Assembly: GCA_964016885.1 (NCBI GenBank)
Contig: OZ024740.1
Span: 39,184,001-39,248,000, forward strand
Reading direction: 5' to 3'
Source: Eledone cirrhosa
Lineage: Eukaryota
Length of the DNA stretch: 64,000 bases
Made by a program: the position numbers and the translations under genes. Below, piece after piece: positions 43,748 through 58,700 of the stretch. The notes under the pieces are model-generated. The model saw nothing but the letters and a program-made list of their open reading frames with translations. It was not told the DNA's origin and made no database searches. Within the stretch, counting starts at the first letter, position 1. Each line of letters starts with the position of its first letter.

Positions 43748-46700
43748 TGTAACTATATAACAGTAGTAATGTAACTATATAACAGTAGTATTGTAACTAT
43801 ATAACAGTAGTATTGTAACTATATAGTGTAGTATTGTAAATATATAACAGTAGTATTGTAACTATATAACAGTAGTATTGTAACTATATAAGAGTAGTAT
43901 TGTAACTATATATAACAGTAGTATTGTAACTATATAGTGTAGTATTGTAACTATATAACAGTAGTATTGTAACTATATAACAGTAGTATTGTAACTATAT
44001 AACAGTAGTATTGTAACTATGTAGTGTAGTATTGTAACTATATAACAGTAGTATTGTAACTATATAACTGTAGCATTGTAACTATATAACAGTAGTATAG
44101 TAACTATATAACAGTAGTATTGTAACTATATAACAGTAGTATTGTAACTATATAACAGTAGTATTGTAACTATATAGCAATAGTATTGTAACTATATAGC
44201 AGTAGTATTTTACTATATAGTAGTATTGTAACTATATATAACAGTAGTATTGTAACTATATAGTGTAGTATTGTAACTATATAACATTAGTATTGTAACT
44301 ATATGACAGTAGTATTGTAACTATCTGTAACAGTAGTATTGTAACTATATAGTGTAGTATTGTAACTATATAACAGTAGTATTGTAACTATATAACAGTA
44401 GTAACGTAACTATATAGTGTAGTATTGCAACTATATAACAGTAGTATTGTAGCTATATAGTGTAGTATTGTAACTATATAACAGTAGTATTGTAACTATA
44501 TAACAGTAGTATTGTAACTATATAACAGTAGCATTGTAACAATATATAACAGTAGTATTGTAACTATATAGTGTAGTATTGTAACTATATAACACTAGTA
44601 TTGTAACTATATAGTGTAGTATTGCAACTATGTAGTGTAGTATTGTAACTATATAACAGTAGTATTGTAACTATATAACAGTAGAATTGTAACTATATAA
44701 CAGTAGTATTGTAACTATATAACATTAGTATAGTAACTATATAACAGTAGCATTGTAACAATATATAACTGTAGTATTGTAACTATATAGTGTAGTATTG
44801 TAACTATATAACACTAGTATTGTAACTATATAGTGTAGTATTGTAACTATATAGTGTAGTATTTAACTATATGACAGTAGTATTGTAACTATATAACAGT
44901 ATTATTGTAACTATATAGTGTAGTATTGCAACTATATAACAGTAGTATTGTAACTATATATAACAGTAGTATTCTAACTATGTAACACTAGTATTGTGAC
45001 TATATAGTGTAGTATTGAAACTATATAACAGTAGTATTGTAACTATATAACAGTAGTATTGTAACTATATAACAGTAGTATTGTAACTATATAACTGTAG
45101 TATTGCAACAATACATTGTAGTATTGTAACTATATAACAGTAGTATTGCAACTATATGACAGTAGTATTGCAAATATACAGTGTATTATTGTAACTATAT
45201 AACAGTAGTATTGTAACTATATAACAGTAGTATTGTAACTATATAACCGTAGTATTGTAATTATACATGATAGTAGTATTGTAACTATATAACAGTATTA
45301 TTGTAACTATATAGTGTATTATTGTAACTATATAACAGTAGTATTGTAACTATATAACAGTAGTATTGTAACTATATATCCGTAGTATTGTAACTATACA
45401 TAACAGTAGTATTGTAACTATATAACAGTATTATTGTAACTATATAGTGTAGTATTGCAACTATATAACAGTAGTATTGTAACTATATGTAACAGTAGTA
45501 TTCTAACTATATAACACTAGTATTGTGACTATATAGTGTAGTATTGAAACTATATAACAGTAGTATTGTAACTATATAACAGTAGTATTGTAACTATATA
45601 ACAGTAGTATTGTAACTATATAACTGTAGTATTGCAACAATATATTGTAGTATTGTAACTATATAACAGTAGTATTGCAACTATATGACAGTAGTATTGC
45701 AAATATACAGTGTATTATTGTAACTATATAACAGTAGTATTGTAACTATATAACAGTAGTATTGTAACTATATAACCGTAGTATTGTAACTATACATAAC
45801 AGTAGTATTGTAACTATATAACAGTAGTATTGTAACTATATAACAGTAGTATTGTAACTATATAACAGTAGTATTGTAACTATATAACAGTAGTATTGTA
45901 ACTATATAACAGTGGTATTGTAACTATATGACAGTAGTATTGTAACTATATAACAGTAGTATTGTAACTATATAGTGTAGTATTGTAACTATATAACAGT
46001 AGTATGGTAACTATATAACAGTAGTATTGTAACTATATAGTATAGTATTGTAACTATATAACAGTAGTATTGTAACTATATATCAGTAGTATTGTAACTA
46101 TATAACAGTAGTATTGTAACTATATAACAGTAGTAATGTAACTATATAATGTAGTATTGTAACTATATAGTGTAGTATTGTAACTATATAACAGTAGTAT
46201 TGTAACTATATAATAGTAGTATTGTAACTATATAACAGTAGTATTGTAACTATATAACTCTAGTATTGCAACAATATATTGTAGTATTGTAACTATATAA
46301 CAGTAGTATTGCAACTATATGACAGTAGTATTGCAAATATACAGTGTATTATTGTAACTATATAACAGTAGTATTGTAACTATATAACAGTAGTATTGTA
46401 ACTATATATAACAGTAGTATTGTAACTATATAACAGTAGTATTGTAACTATATAACAGTAGTATTGTAACTATATAACAGTAGTAATGTAACACAATATC
46501 AGAAGCATTGTAAATATATAGTGTAGTATTGTACCTATATAAGAGTAGTATTGTAACTATATAGTGTAGTATTGTAACTATATTACAGTAGTATTGTAAC
46601 TATATAACAGTAGTATTGTAACTATATAACAGTAGTATTGTAACTATATAGTGTAGTATTGCAACTATTTAACAGTAGTATTGTAACTATATAACAGTAG

Positions 46701-49700
46701 TATTGTAACTATATAGTGTAGTATTGTAACTATATAACAGTAGTATCGTAACTATATAACAGTAGTATTGTAACTATATAACAGTAGTATTTTAACTATA
46801 TAACAGTAGTATTGTAACTATGTAGTGTAGTATTGTAACTATATAACTGTAGTATTGTAACTATATAGCAGTAGTATTGTAACTATATAACAGTAGTATT
46901 GTAACTATATAACAGTAGTATTGTAACTATAAACAGCAGTATTGTAACTATATAGCAGTAGTAATTTAACTATATAGTAGTATTGTAACTATATATAGCA
47001 GTAGTATTTTAACTATATTGTAGTATTCTAACTATATATAACAGTAGTATTGTAACTATATAACAGTAGTATTGTAACTATATAACAGTAGTATTGTAAC
47101 TATATATAACACTAGTATTGTAACTATATAACAGTAGTATTGTAACTATATAGTGTAGTATTGTAACTATATATAACAGTAGTATTGTAACTATATAACA
47201 GTAGTATTGTAACTATATAGTGTAGTATTGTAACTATATATAACAGTAGTATTCTAACTATATAACAGTAGTATTGTAACTATATAGTGTAGTATTGTAA
47301 CTATATAGTGTAGTATTGTAACTATATGACAGTAGTATTGTAACTATATAACAGTAGTATTGTAACTATATAGTGTAGTATTGCAACTATATAGTGTAGT
47401 ATTGTAACTATATAACAGTAGTATTGTAACTATATAACAGTAGTATTGTAACTATATAACAGTAGTATTGTAACTATATAACAGTAGAATTGTAACTATA
47501 TAACAGTAGTATTGTAACTATATAACAGTAGTATTGTAACTATATAACAGTAGCATTGTAACAATATATAACAGTAGTATTGTAACTATATAGTGTAGTA
47601 TTGTAACTATATAACACTAGTATTGTAACTATATAGTGTAGTATTGTAACTATATAGTGTAGTATTTTAACTATATGACAGTAGTATTGTAACTATATAA
47701 CTGTAGTATTGTAACTCTATAGTGTAGTATTGCAACTATATCACAGTAGTATTGTAACTATATATAACAGTAGTATTCTAACTATATACCACTAGTATGG
47801 TGACTATATAGTGTAGTATTGAAACTATATAACAGTAGTATTGTAACTATATAACAGTAGTGTTGTAACTATATAACAGTAGTATTGTAACTATATAACT
47901 GTAGTATTGCAACAATATATTGTAGTATTGTAACTATATAACAGTAGTATTGCAAGTATATGACAGTTGTATTGCAAATATACAGTGTATTATTGTAACT
48001 ATATAACAGTAGTATTGTAACTATATAACAGTAGTATTGTAACTATATATAACAGTAGTATTGTAACTATATAACAGTAGTATTGTAACTATATAACAGT
48101 AGTATTGTAACTATATAACAGTAGTAATGTAACTATATAACAGAAGCATTGTAAATATATAGTGTAGTATTGTAACTATATAAGAGTAGTATTGTAACTA
48201 TATAATGGTAGTATTGTAACTATATAACAGAAGCATTGTAACTATATAGTGTAGTATTGTAACTATATAACAGTAGCATTGTATCTATATAACAGTAGTA
48301 ATGTAACTATATAACAGAAGCATTGTAACTATATAGTGTAGTATTGTAACTATATAACAGTAGTATTGTAACTATATAGTGTAGTATTGTAACTATATAA
48401 CAGTAGTATTGTAACTATATAACAGTAGTATCGTAACTATATAACAGTAGTATTGTAACTATATAACAGTAGTATTGTAACTATATAACAGTAGTATTGT
48501 AACTATATAACAGTAGTATTGTAACTATATAACAGTAGAATTGTAACTATATAACAGTAGTATTGTAACTATATAACAGTAGTATTGTAACTATATAACA
48601 GTAGCATTGTAACAATATATAACAGTAGTATTGTAACTATATAGTGTAGTATTGTAACTATATAACACTAGTATTGTAACTATATAGTGTAGTATTGTAA
48701 CTATATAGTGTAGTATTTTAACTATATAACAGAAGCATTGTAACTATATAACAGAAGCATTGTAACTATATAGTGTAGTATTGTAACTATATAACAGTAG
48801 TATTGTAACTATATAGTGTAGTATTGTAACTATATAACAGTAGTATCGTAACTATATAACAGTAGTATCGTAACTATATAACAGTAGTATTGTAACTATA
48901 TGACAGTAGTATTGTAACTATATAACAGTAGTATTGTAACTGTATATAACAGTAGCATTGTAACTATATAACTGTAGTATTGTAACTATATAACAGTAGT
49001 ATTGTAACTATATAACAGTAGTATTGTAACTATATAACAGTAGTATTGTAATTATATAACAGTAGTATTGTAACTATATAACAGTAGTATTGTAACTATA
49101 TAACAGTAGTATTGTAACTATATAGTGTAATATTGTAAATATATAACAGTAGTATTGTAACTATATAACAGTAGTATTGTAACTATATAAGAGTAGTATT
49201 GTAACTATATATAACAGTAGTATTGTAACTATATAGTGTAGTATTGTAACTATATAACAGTAGTATTGTAACTATATAACAGTAGTAATGTAACTATATA
49301 ACAGTAGTATTGTAACTATGTAGTGTAGTATTGTAACTATATAACAGTAGTATTGTAACTATATAACTGTAGCATTGTAACTATATAACAGTAGTATAGT
49401 AACTATATAACAGTAGTATTGTAACTATATAACAGTAGTATTGTAACTATATAACAGTAGTATTGTAACTATATAGCAATAGTATTGTAACTATATAGCA
49501 GTAGTATTTTACTATATAGTAGTATTGTAACTATATATAACAGTAGTATTGTAACTATATAGTGTAGTATTGTAACTATATAACAGTAGTATCGTAACTA
49601 TATAACAGTAGTATTGTAACTATATAACAGTAGTATTGTAACTATATAACAGTAGTATTGTAACTATATAACAGTAGTATTGTAACTATATGACAGTAGT

Positions 49701-52671
49701 ATTGTAACTATATGTAACAGTAGTATTGTAACTATATAGTGTAGTATTGTAACTATATAACAGTAGTAATGTAACTGTATAGTGTAGTATTGCAACTATA
49801 TAACAGTAGTATTGTAGCTATATAGTGTAGTATTGTAACTATATAACAGTAGTATTGTAACTATATAACAGTAGTATTGTAACTATATAGTGTAGTATTG
49901 TAACTATATAACAGTAGTATCGTAACTATATAACAGTAGTATTGTAATTATATAACAGTAGTATTTTAACTATATAACAGTAGTATTGTAACTATGTAGT
50001 GTAGTATTGTAACTATATAACTGTAGTATTGTAACTATATAGCGGTAGTATTGTAACTATATAACAGTAATATTGTAACTATATAACAGTAGTATTGTAA
50101 CTATATAGCAGTAGTAATTTAACTATATAGTAGTATTGTAACTATATATAGCAGTACTATTTTAACTATATTGTAGTATTCTAACTATATATAACAGTTG
50201 TATTGTAACTATATAACAGTAGTATTGTAAATATATAACAGTAGTATTGTAACTATATATAACACTAGTATTGTAACTATATAACAGTAGTATTGTAACT
50301 ATATAGTGTAGTATTGTAACTATATATAACAGTAGTATTGTAACTATATAACAGTAGTATTGTAACTATATAGTGTAGTATTGTAACTATATATAACAGT
50401 AGTATTCTAACTATATAACAGTAGTATTGTAACTATATAGTGGAGTATTGTAACTATATAGTGTAGTATTGTAACTATATGACAGTAGTATTGTAACTAT
50501 ATAACAGTAGTATTGTAACTATATAGTGTAGTATTGCAACTATATAGTGTAGTATTGTAACTATATAACAGTAGTATTGTAACTATATAACAGTAGTATT
50601 GTAACTATATAACAGTAGTATTGTAATTATATAACAGTAGTAATGTAACTATATAACAGTAGTAATGTTACTATATGACAGTAGTATTGCAACTATATAA
50701 CAGTAGCATTGTAACTATATAACAGTAGTATTGTAACTATATAACAGTAGTATTGTAACTATACAGTGTAGTATTGTAACTATATAACAGTAGAATTGTA
50801 TCTATATAACAGTAGTATTGTAACTATATAACAGTAGTATTGTAACTATATAACAGTAGCATTGTAACAATATATAACAGTAGTATTGTAACTATATATT
50901 GTAGTATTGTAACTATATAACACTAGTATTGTAACTATATAGTGTAGTATTTTAACTATATGACAGTAGTATTGTAACTATATAACAGTAGTATTGTAAC
51001 TATATAGTGTAGTATTGCAACTATATAACAGTAGTATTGTAACTATATATAACAGTAGTATTCTAACTATATAACAGTAGTATTGTAACTATATAGTGTA
51101 GTATTGTAACTATATAGTGTAGTATTGTAACTATATGACAGTAGTATTGTAACTATATAACAGTAGTATTGTAACTATATAGTGTAGTATTGCAACTATA
51201 TAGTGTAGTATTGTAACTATATAACAGTAGTATTGTAACTATATAACAGTAGTATTGTAACTATATAACAGTAGTATTGTAACTATATAACAGTAGAATT
51301 GTAACTATATAACAGTAGTATTGTAACTATATAACAGTAGTATTGTAACTATATAACAGTAGCATTGTAACAATATATAACAGTAGTATTGTAACTATAT
51401 AGTGTAGTATTGTAACTATATAACACTAGTATTGTAACTATATAGTGTAGTATTGTAACTATATAGTGTAGTATTTTAACTATATGACAGTAGTATTGTA
51501 ACTATATAACTGTAGTATTGTAACTATATAGTGTAGTATTGCAACTATATCACAGTAGTATTGTAACTATATATAACAGTAGTATTCTAACTATATACCA
51601 CTAGTATGGTGACTATATAGTGTAGTATTGAAACTATATAACAGTAGTATTGTAACTATATAACAGTAGTGTTGTAACTATATAACAGTAGTATTGTAAC
51701 TATATAACTGTAGTATTGCAACAATATATTGTAGTATTGTAACTATATAACAGTAGTATTGTAACTATATAACAGTAGTATTGTAACTATATAACAGTAG
51801 CATTGTAACAATATATAACAGTAGTATTGTGACTATATAGTGTAGTATTGAAACTATATAACAGTAGTATTGTAACTATATAACAGTAATAGTTTAACTA
51901 TATAACAGTAGTATTGTAACTATATAACTGTAGTATTGCAACAATATATTGTAGTATTGTAAATATATAACAGTAATATTGCAACTATATGACAGTAGTA
52001 TTGCAAATATACAGTGTATTATTGTAACTATATAACAGTAGTATTGTAACTATATAACAGCAGTATTGTAACTATATAACAGCAGTATTGTAACTATACA
52101 TAACAGTAGTATCGTAACTATATAACAGTAGTATTGTAACTATATAACAGTAGTATTGTAACTATATGACAGTAGTATTGTAACTATATAACAGTAGTAT
52201 TGTAACTATATAACAGTAGTATTGTAACTATATAACAGTAGTATTGTAACTATATAACAGTAGTATTGTAACTATATAACTGTAGTATTGCAACAATATA
52301 TTGTAGTATTGTAACTATATAACAGTAGTATTGCAACTATATGACAGTAGTATTGCAAATATACAGTGTATTATTGTAAATATATAACAGTAGTATTGTA
52401 ACTATATAACAGTAGTATTGTAACTATATAACAGTAGTATTGTAACAATATAACAGTAGTAATGTAACTATATAACAGAAGCATTGTAAATATATAGTGT
52501 AGTATTGTAACTATATAAGAGTAGTATTGTAACTATATAGTGTAGTATTGTAACTATATAACAGTAGTATTGTAACTATATAACAGTAGTATTGTAACTA
52601 TATAACAGTAGTATTGTAACTATATAGTGTAGTATTGCAACTATATAACAGTAGTATTGTAACTATATAAT
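43748..52671 (+). repeat. 22-bp satellite array between inverted block and SINE
   Basis: Forward monomers, continuous. Confidence 0.98.
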
Positions 52672-52797
52672 TGTTTCTACTTTTGGCACAAGGCCAGCAA
52701 TTACCCAGTGTATTACTGGTACTTTATTTTATCGACCCCGTAAGGATGAAAGGCAAAGTAAACCTCGGCGGGATTTGAACGCAGAATGGCAAGGGAC
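52672..52797 (-). mobile_element. 5'-truncated tRNA-derived SINE fragment (126 bp) with 13-bp target-site duplication
   Basis: Non-satellite island; Pol III B-box GTTCAAATCCC on minus strand (52770-52780), no A-box retained; flanked by GTAACTATATAAT at 52659-52671 and 52798-52810. Core ATCGACCCCG..AGGATGAAAGGCAAAGT..ACCTCGGCGG resembles octopus SINEs from memory. Confidence 0.82.
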
Positions 52798-55700
52798 GTA
52801 ACTATATAATGGTAGTATTGTAACTATATAACAGTAGTATTGTAACTATATAAAAGTAGTATTGTAACTATATAACAGTAGTAATGTAACTATATAACAG
52901 AAGCATTGTAACTATATAGTGTAGTATTGTAACTATATAACAGTAGTATTGTAACTATATAGTGTAGTATTGTAACTATATAACAGTAGTATTGTAACTA
53001 TATAACAGTAGTATTGTAACTATAAAAAGTAGTATTGTAACTATATAGTGTAGCATCGTAACTATACAACAGTAGTATTGTAACTATATAACAGTAGTAT
53101 TGTAACTATATAGCAGTAGTAATTTAACTATATACTAGTATTGTAACTATATATAGCAGTAGTATTTTAACTATATTGTAGTATTCTAACTATATATAAC
53201 AGTTGTATTGTAACTATATAACAGTAGTATTGTAACTATATAACAGTAGTATTGTAACTATATATAACACGAGTATTGTAACTATATAACAGTAGTATTG
53301 TAACTATATAACAGTAGTAATGTAACTATATAACAGAAGCATTGTAAATATATAGTGTAGTATTGTAACTATATAAGAGTAGTATTGTAACTATATAGTG
53401 TAGTATTGTAACTATATAACAGTAGTATTGTAACTATATAACAGTAGTATTGTAACTATATAACAGTACTATTGTAACTATATAGTGTAGTATTGCAACT
53501 ATATAACAGTAGTATTGTAACTATATAATGGTAGTATTGTAACTATATAACAGTAGTATTGTAACTATATAACAGTAGTATTGTAACTATATAACAGTAG
53601 TAATGTAACTATATAACAGTAGTATTGTAACTATATAACAGTAGTATTGTAACTATATAACAGTAGTATTGTAACTATATAACAATAGTATTGTAATTAT
53701 ATAACAGTAGTATTGTAACTATATAACAGTAGTATTGTAACTATATAACAGTAGTATTGTAACTATATAGTGTAGTATTGTAACTATATAACAGTAATAT
53801 TGTAACTATATAACAGTAGTATTGTAACTATATAAGAGTAGTATTGTAACTATATATAACAGTAGTATTGTAACTATATAACAGTAGTATTGTAACTATG
53901 TAGTGTAGTATTGTAACTACATAACAGTAGTATTGTAACTATATAACTGTAGCATTGTAACTATATAACAGTAGTATAGTAACTATATAACAGTAGTATT
54001 GTAACTATATAACAGTAGTATTGTAACTATATAACAGTAGTATTGTAACTATATAGCAATAGTATTGTAACTATATAGCAGTAGTATTTTACTATATTGT
54101 AGTATTGTAACTATATATAACAGTAGTATAGTAACTATATAGTGTAGTATTGTAACTATATAACAGTAGTATTGTAACTATATAACAGTAGTATTGTAAC
54201 TATATAACAGTAGTATTGTAACTATATAACAGTAGTATTGTAACTATATAACAGTAGTGTTGTAACTATATGACAGTAGTATTGTAACTATATGTAACAG
54301 TAGTATTGTAACTATATAGTGTAGTATTGTAACTATATAACAGTAGTATTGTAACTATATAACAGTAGTAATGTAACTATATAGTGTAGTATTGCAACTA
54401 TATAACAGTAGTATTGTAGCTATATAGTGTAGTATTGTAACTATATAACAGTAGTATTGTAACTATATAAGAGTATTATTGTAACTATATAGTGTAGTAT
54501 TGTAACTATATAACAGTAGTATTGTAACTATATAACAGTAGTATTGTAACTATATAACAGTAGTATTGTAACTATATAGTGTAGTATTGCAACTATATAA
54601 CAGTAGTATTGTAACTATATAATGGTAGTATTGTAACTATATAACAGTAGTATTGTAACTATATAACAGTAGCATTGTAACTATATAACAGTAGTAATGT
54701 AACTATATAACAGAAGCATTGTAACTATATAGTGTAGTATTGTAACTATATAACAGTAGTATTGTAACTATATAGTGTAGTATTGTAACTATATAACAGT
54801 AGTATTGTAACTATATAACAGTAGTATCGTAACTATATAACAGTAGTATTGTAACTATATGACAGTAGTATTGTAACTATATAACAGTAGTATTGTAACT
54901 GTATATAACAGTAGTATTGTAACTATATAACAGTAGTATTGTAACTATATAACAGTAGTATTGTAACTATATAACAGTAGTATTGTAACTATATAACAGT
55001 AGTATTTTAATTATATAACAGTAGTATTGTAACTATATAACGGTAGTATTGTAACTATATAACGGTAGTATTGTAACTATATATAACAGTAGTATTGTAA
55101 CTATATAGTGTAGTATTGTAACTATATAGCAGTAGTATTTTACTATATAGTAGTATTGTAACTATATATAACAGTAGTATAGTAACTATATAGTGTAGTA
55201 TTGTAACTATATAACAGTAGTATTGTAACTATATAACAGTAGTATTGTAACTATATAACAGTAGTATTGTAACTATATAACAGTAGTATTTTAAGTATAT
55301 AACAGTAGTATTGTAACTATATGACAGTAGTATTGTAACTATATGTAACAGTAGTATTGTAACTATATAGTGTAGTATTGTAACTATATAACAGTAGTAT
55401 TGTAACTATATAACAGTAGTAATGTAACTATATAGTGTAGTATTGCAACTATATAACAGTAGTATTGTAGCTATATAGTGTAGTATTGTAACTATATAAC
55501 TGTAGTATTGTAACTATATAACAGTAGTATTGTAACTATATAGTGTAGTATTGTAACTATATAACAGTAGTATTGTAACTATATAACAGTAGTATTGTAA
55601 CTATATAACAGTAGTATTTTAACTATATAACAGTAGTATTGTAACTATGTAGTGTAGTATTGTAACTATATAACTGTAGTATTGTAACTATATAGAAGTA

Positions 55701-58700
55701 GTATTGTAACTATATAACAGTAGTATTGTAACTATATAACAGTAGTATTGTAACTATAAAACAGTAGTATTGTAACTATATAGCAGTAGTAATTTAACTA
55801 TATAGTAGTATTGTAACTATATATAGCAGTAGTATTTTAACTATATTGTAGTATTCTAACTATATATAACAGTTGTATTGTAACTATATAACAGTAGTAT
55901 TGTAACTATATAACAGTAGTATTGTAACTATATATAACACTAGTATTGTAACTATATAACAGTAGTATTGTAACTATATAGTGTAGTATTGTAACTGTAT
56001 ATAACAGCAGTATTGTAACTATATAACAATAGTATTGTAACTATTTGTGTAGTATTGTAACTATATATAACAGTAGTATTGTAACTATATAACAGTAGTA
56101 TTGTAACTATATAACAGTAGTATTGTAACTATATAACAGTAGTAATGTAACTATATAACAGAAGCATTGTAAATATATAGTGTAGTATTGTAACTATATA
56201 AGAGTAGTATTGTAACTATATAGTGTAGTATTGTAACTATATAACAGTAGTATTGTAACTATATAACAGTAGTATTGTAACTATATAACAGTAGTATTGT
56301 AACTATATAGTGTAGTATTGCAACTATATAACAGTAGTATTGTAACTATATAATGGTAGTATTGTAACTATATAACAGTAGTATTGTAACTATATAACAG
56401 TAGCATTGTAACTATATAACAGTAGTAATGTAACTATATAACAGAAGCATTGTAACTATATAGTGTAGTATTGTAACTATATAACAGTAGTATTGTAACT
56501 ATATAGTGTAGTATTGTAACTATATAACAGTACTATTGTAACTATATAACAGTAGTATCGTAACTATATAACAGTAGTATTGTAACTATATGACAGTAGT
56601 ATTGTAACGATATAACAGTAGTATTGTAACTGTATATAACAGTAGTATTGTAACTATATAACAGTAGTATTGTAACTATATAACAGTAGTATTGTAACTA
56701 TATAACAGTAGTATTGTAACTATATAACAGTAGTATTGTAATTATATAACAGTAGTATTGTAACTATATAACGGTAGTATTGTAACTATATAACAGTAGT
56801 ATTGTAACTATATAGTGTAGTATTGTAACTATATAACAGTAATATTGTAACTATATAACAGTAGTATTGTAACTATATAAGAGTAGTATTGTAACTATAT
56901 ATAACAGTAGTAATGTAACTATATAGTGTAGTATTGTAACTATATAACAGTAGTATTGTAACTATATAGTGTAGTATTGCAACTATATAACAGTAGTATT
57001 GTAACTATATAATGGTAGTATTGTAACTATATAACAGTAGTATTGTAACTATATAACAGTAGCATTGTAACTATATAACAGTAGTAATGTAACTATATAA
57101 CAGAAGCATTGTAACTATATAGTGTAGTATTGTAACTATATAACAGTAGTATTGTAACTATATAGTGTAGTATTGTAACTATATAACAGTAGTATTGTAA
57201 CTATATAACAGTAGTATCGTAACTATATAACAGTAGTATTGTAACTATATGACAGTAGTATTGTAACTATATAACATTAGTATTGTAACTGTATATAACA
57301 GTAGTATTGTAACTATATAACAGTAGTATTGTAACTATATAACAGTAGTATTGTAACTATATAACAGTAGTATTGTAACTATATAACAGTAGTATTGTAA
57401 CTATATAACAGTAGTATTGTAACTATATAACAGTAGTATTGTAACTATATAGCAATAGTATTGTAACTATATAGCAGTAGTATTTTACTATATAGTAGTA
57501 TTGTAACTATATATAACAGTAGTATAGTAACTATATAGTGTAGTATTGTAACTATATAACAGTAGTATTGTAACTATATAACAGTAGTATTGTAACTATA
57601 TAACAGTAGTATTGTAACTATATAACAGTAGTGTTGTAACTATATGACAGTAGTATTGTAACTATATGTAACAGTAGTATTGTAACTATATAGTGTAGTA
57701 TTGTAACTATATAACAGTAGTATTGTAACTATATAACAGTAGTAATGTAACTATATAGTGTAGTATTGCAACTATATAACAGTAGTATTGTAGCTATATA
57801 GTGTAGTATTGTAACTATATAACAGTAGTATTGTAACTATATAACAGTAGTATTGTAACTATATAGTGTAGTATTGTAACTATATAACAGTAGTATTGTA
57901 ACTATATAACAGTAGTATTGTAACTATATAACAGTAGTATTTTAACTATATAACAGTAGTATTGTAACTATGTAGTGTAGTATTGTAACTATATAACTGT
58001 AGTATTGTAACTATATAGCAGTAGTATTGTAACTATATAACAGTAGTATTGTAACTATATAACAGTAGTATTGTAACTATAAAACAGTAGTATTGTAACT
58101 ATATAGCAGTAGTAATTTAACTATATAGTAGTATTGTAACTATATATAGCAGTAGTATTTTAACTATATTGTAGTATTCTAACTATATATAACAGTTGTA
58201 TTGTAACTATATAACGGTAGTATTGTAACTATATAACAGTAGTATTGTAACTATATATAACACTAGTATTGTAACTATATAACAGTAGTATTGTAACTAT
58301 ATAGTGTAGTATTGTAACTGTATATAACAGTAGTATTGTAACTATATAACAGTAGTATTGTAACTATTTGTGTAGTATTGTAACTATATATAACAGTAGT
58401 ATTGTAACTATATAACAGTAGTATTGTAACTATATAACAGTAGTATTGTAACTATATAACAGTAGTAATGTAACTATATAACAGAAGCATTGTAAATATA
58501 TAGTGTAGTATTGTAACTATATAAGAGTATTATTGTAACTATATAGTGTAGTATTGTAACTATATAACAGTAGTATTGTAACTATATAACAGTAGTATTG
58601 TAACTATATAACAGTAGTATTGTAACTATATAGTGTAGTATTGCAACTATATAACAGTAGTATTGTAACTATATAATGGTAGTATTGTAACTATATAACA

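Noticed and set aside
52740-52797. tRNA gene
   Set aside because: Only a B-box-like motif is present; no A-box or cloverleaf, and it is flanked by a TSD.
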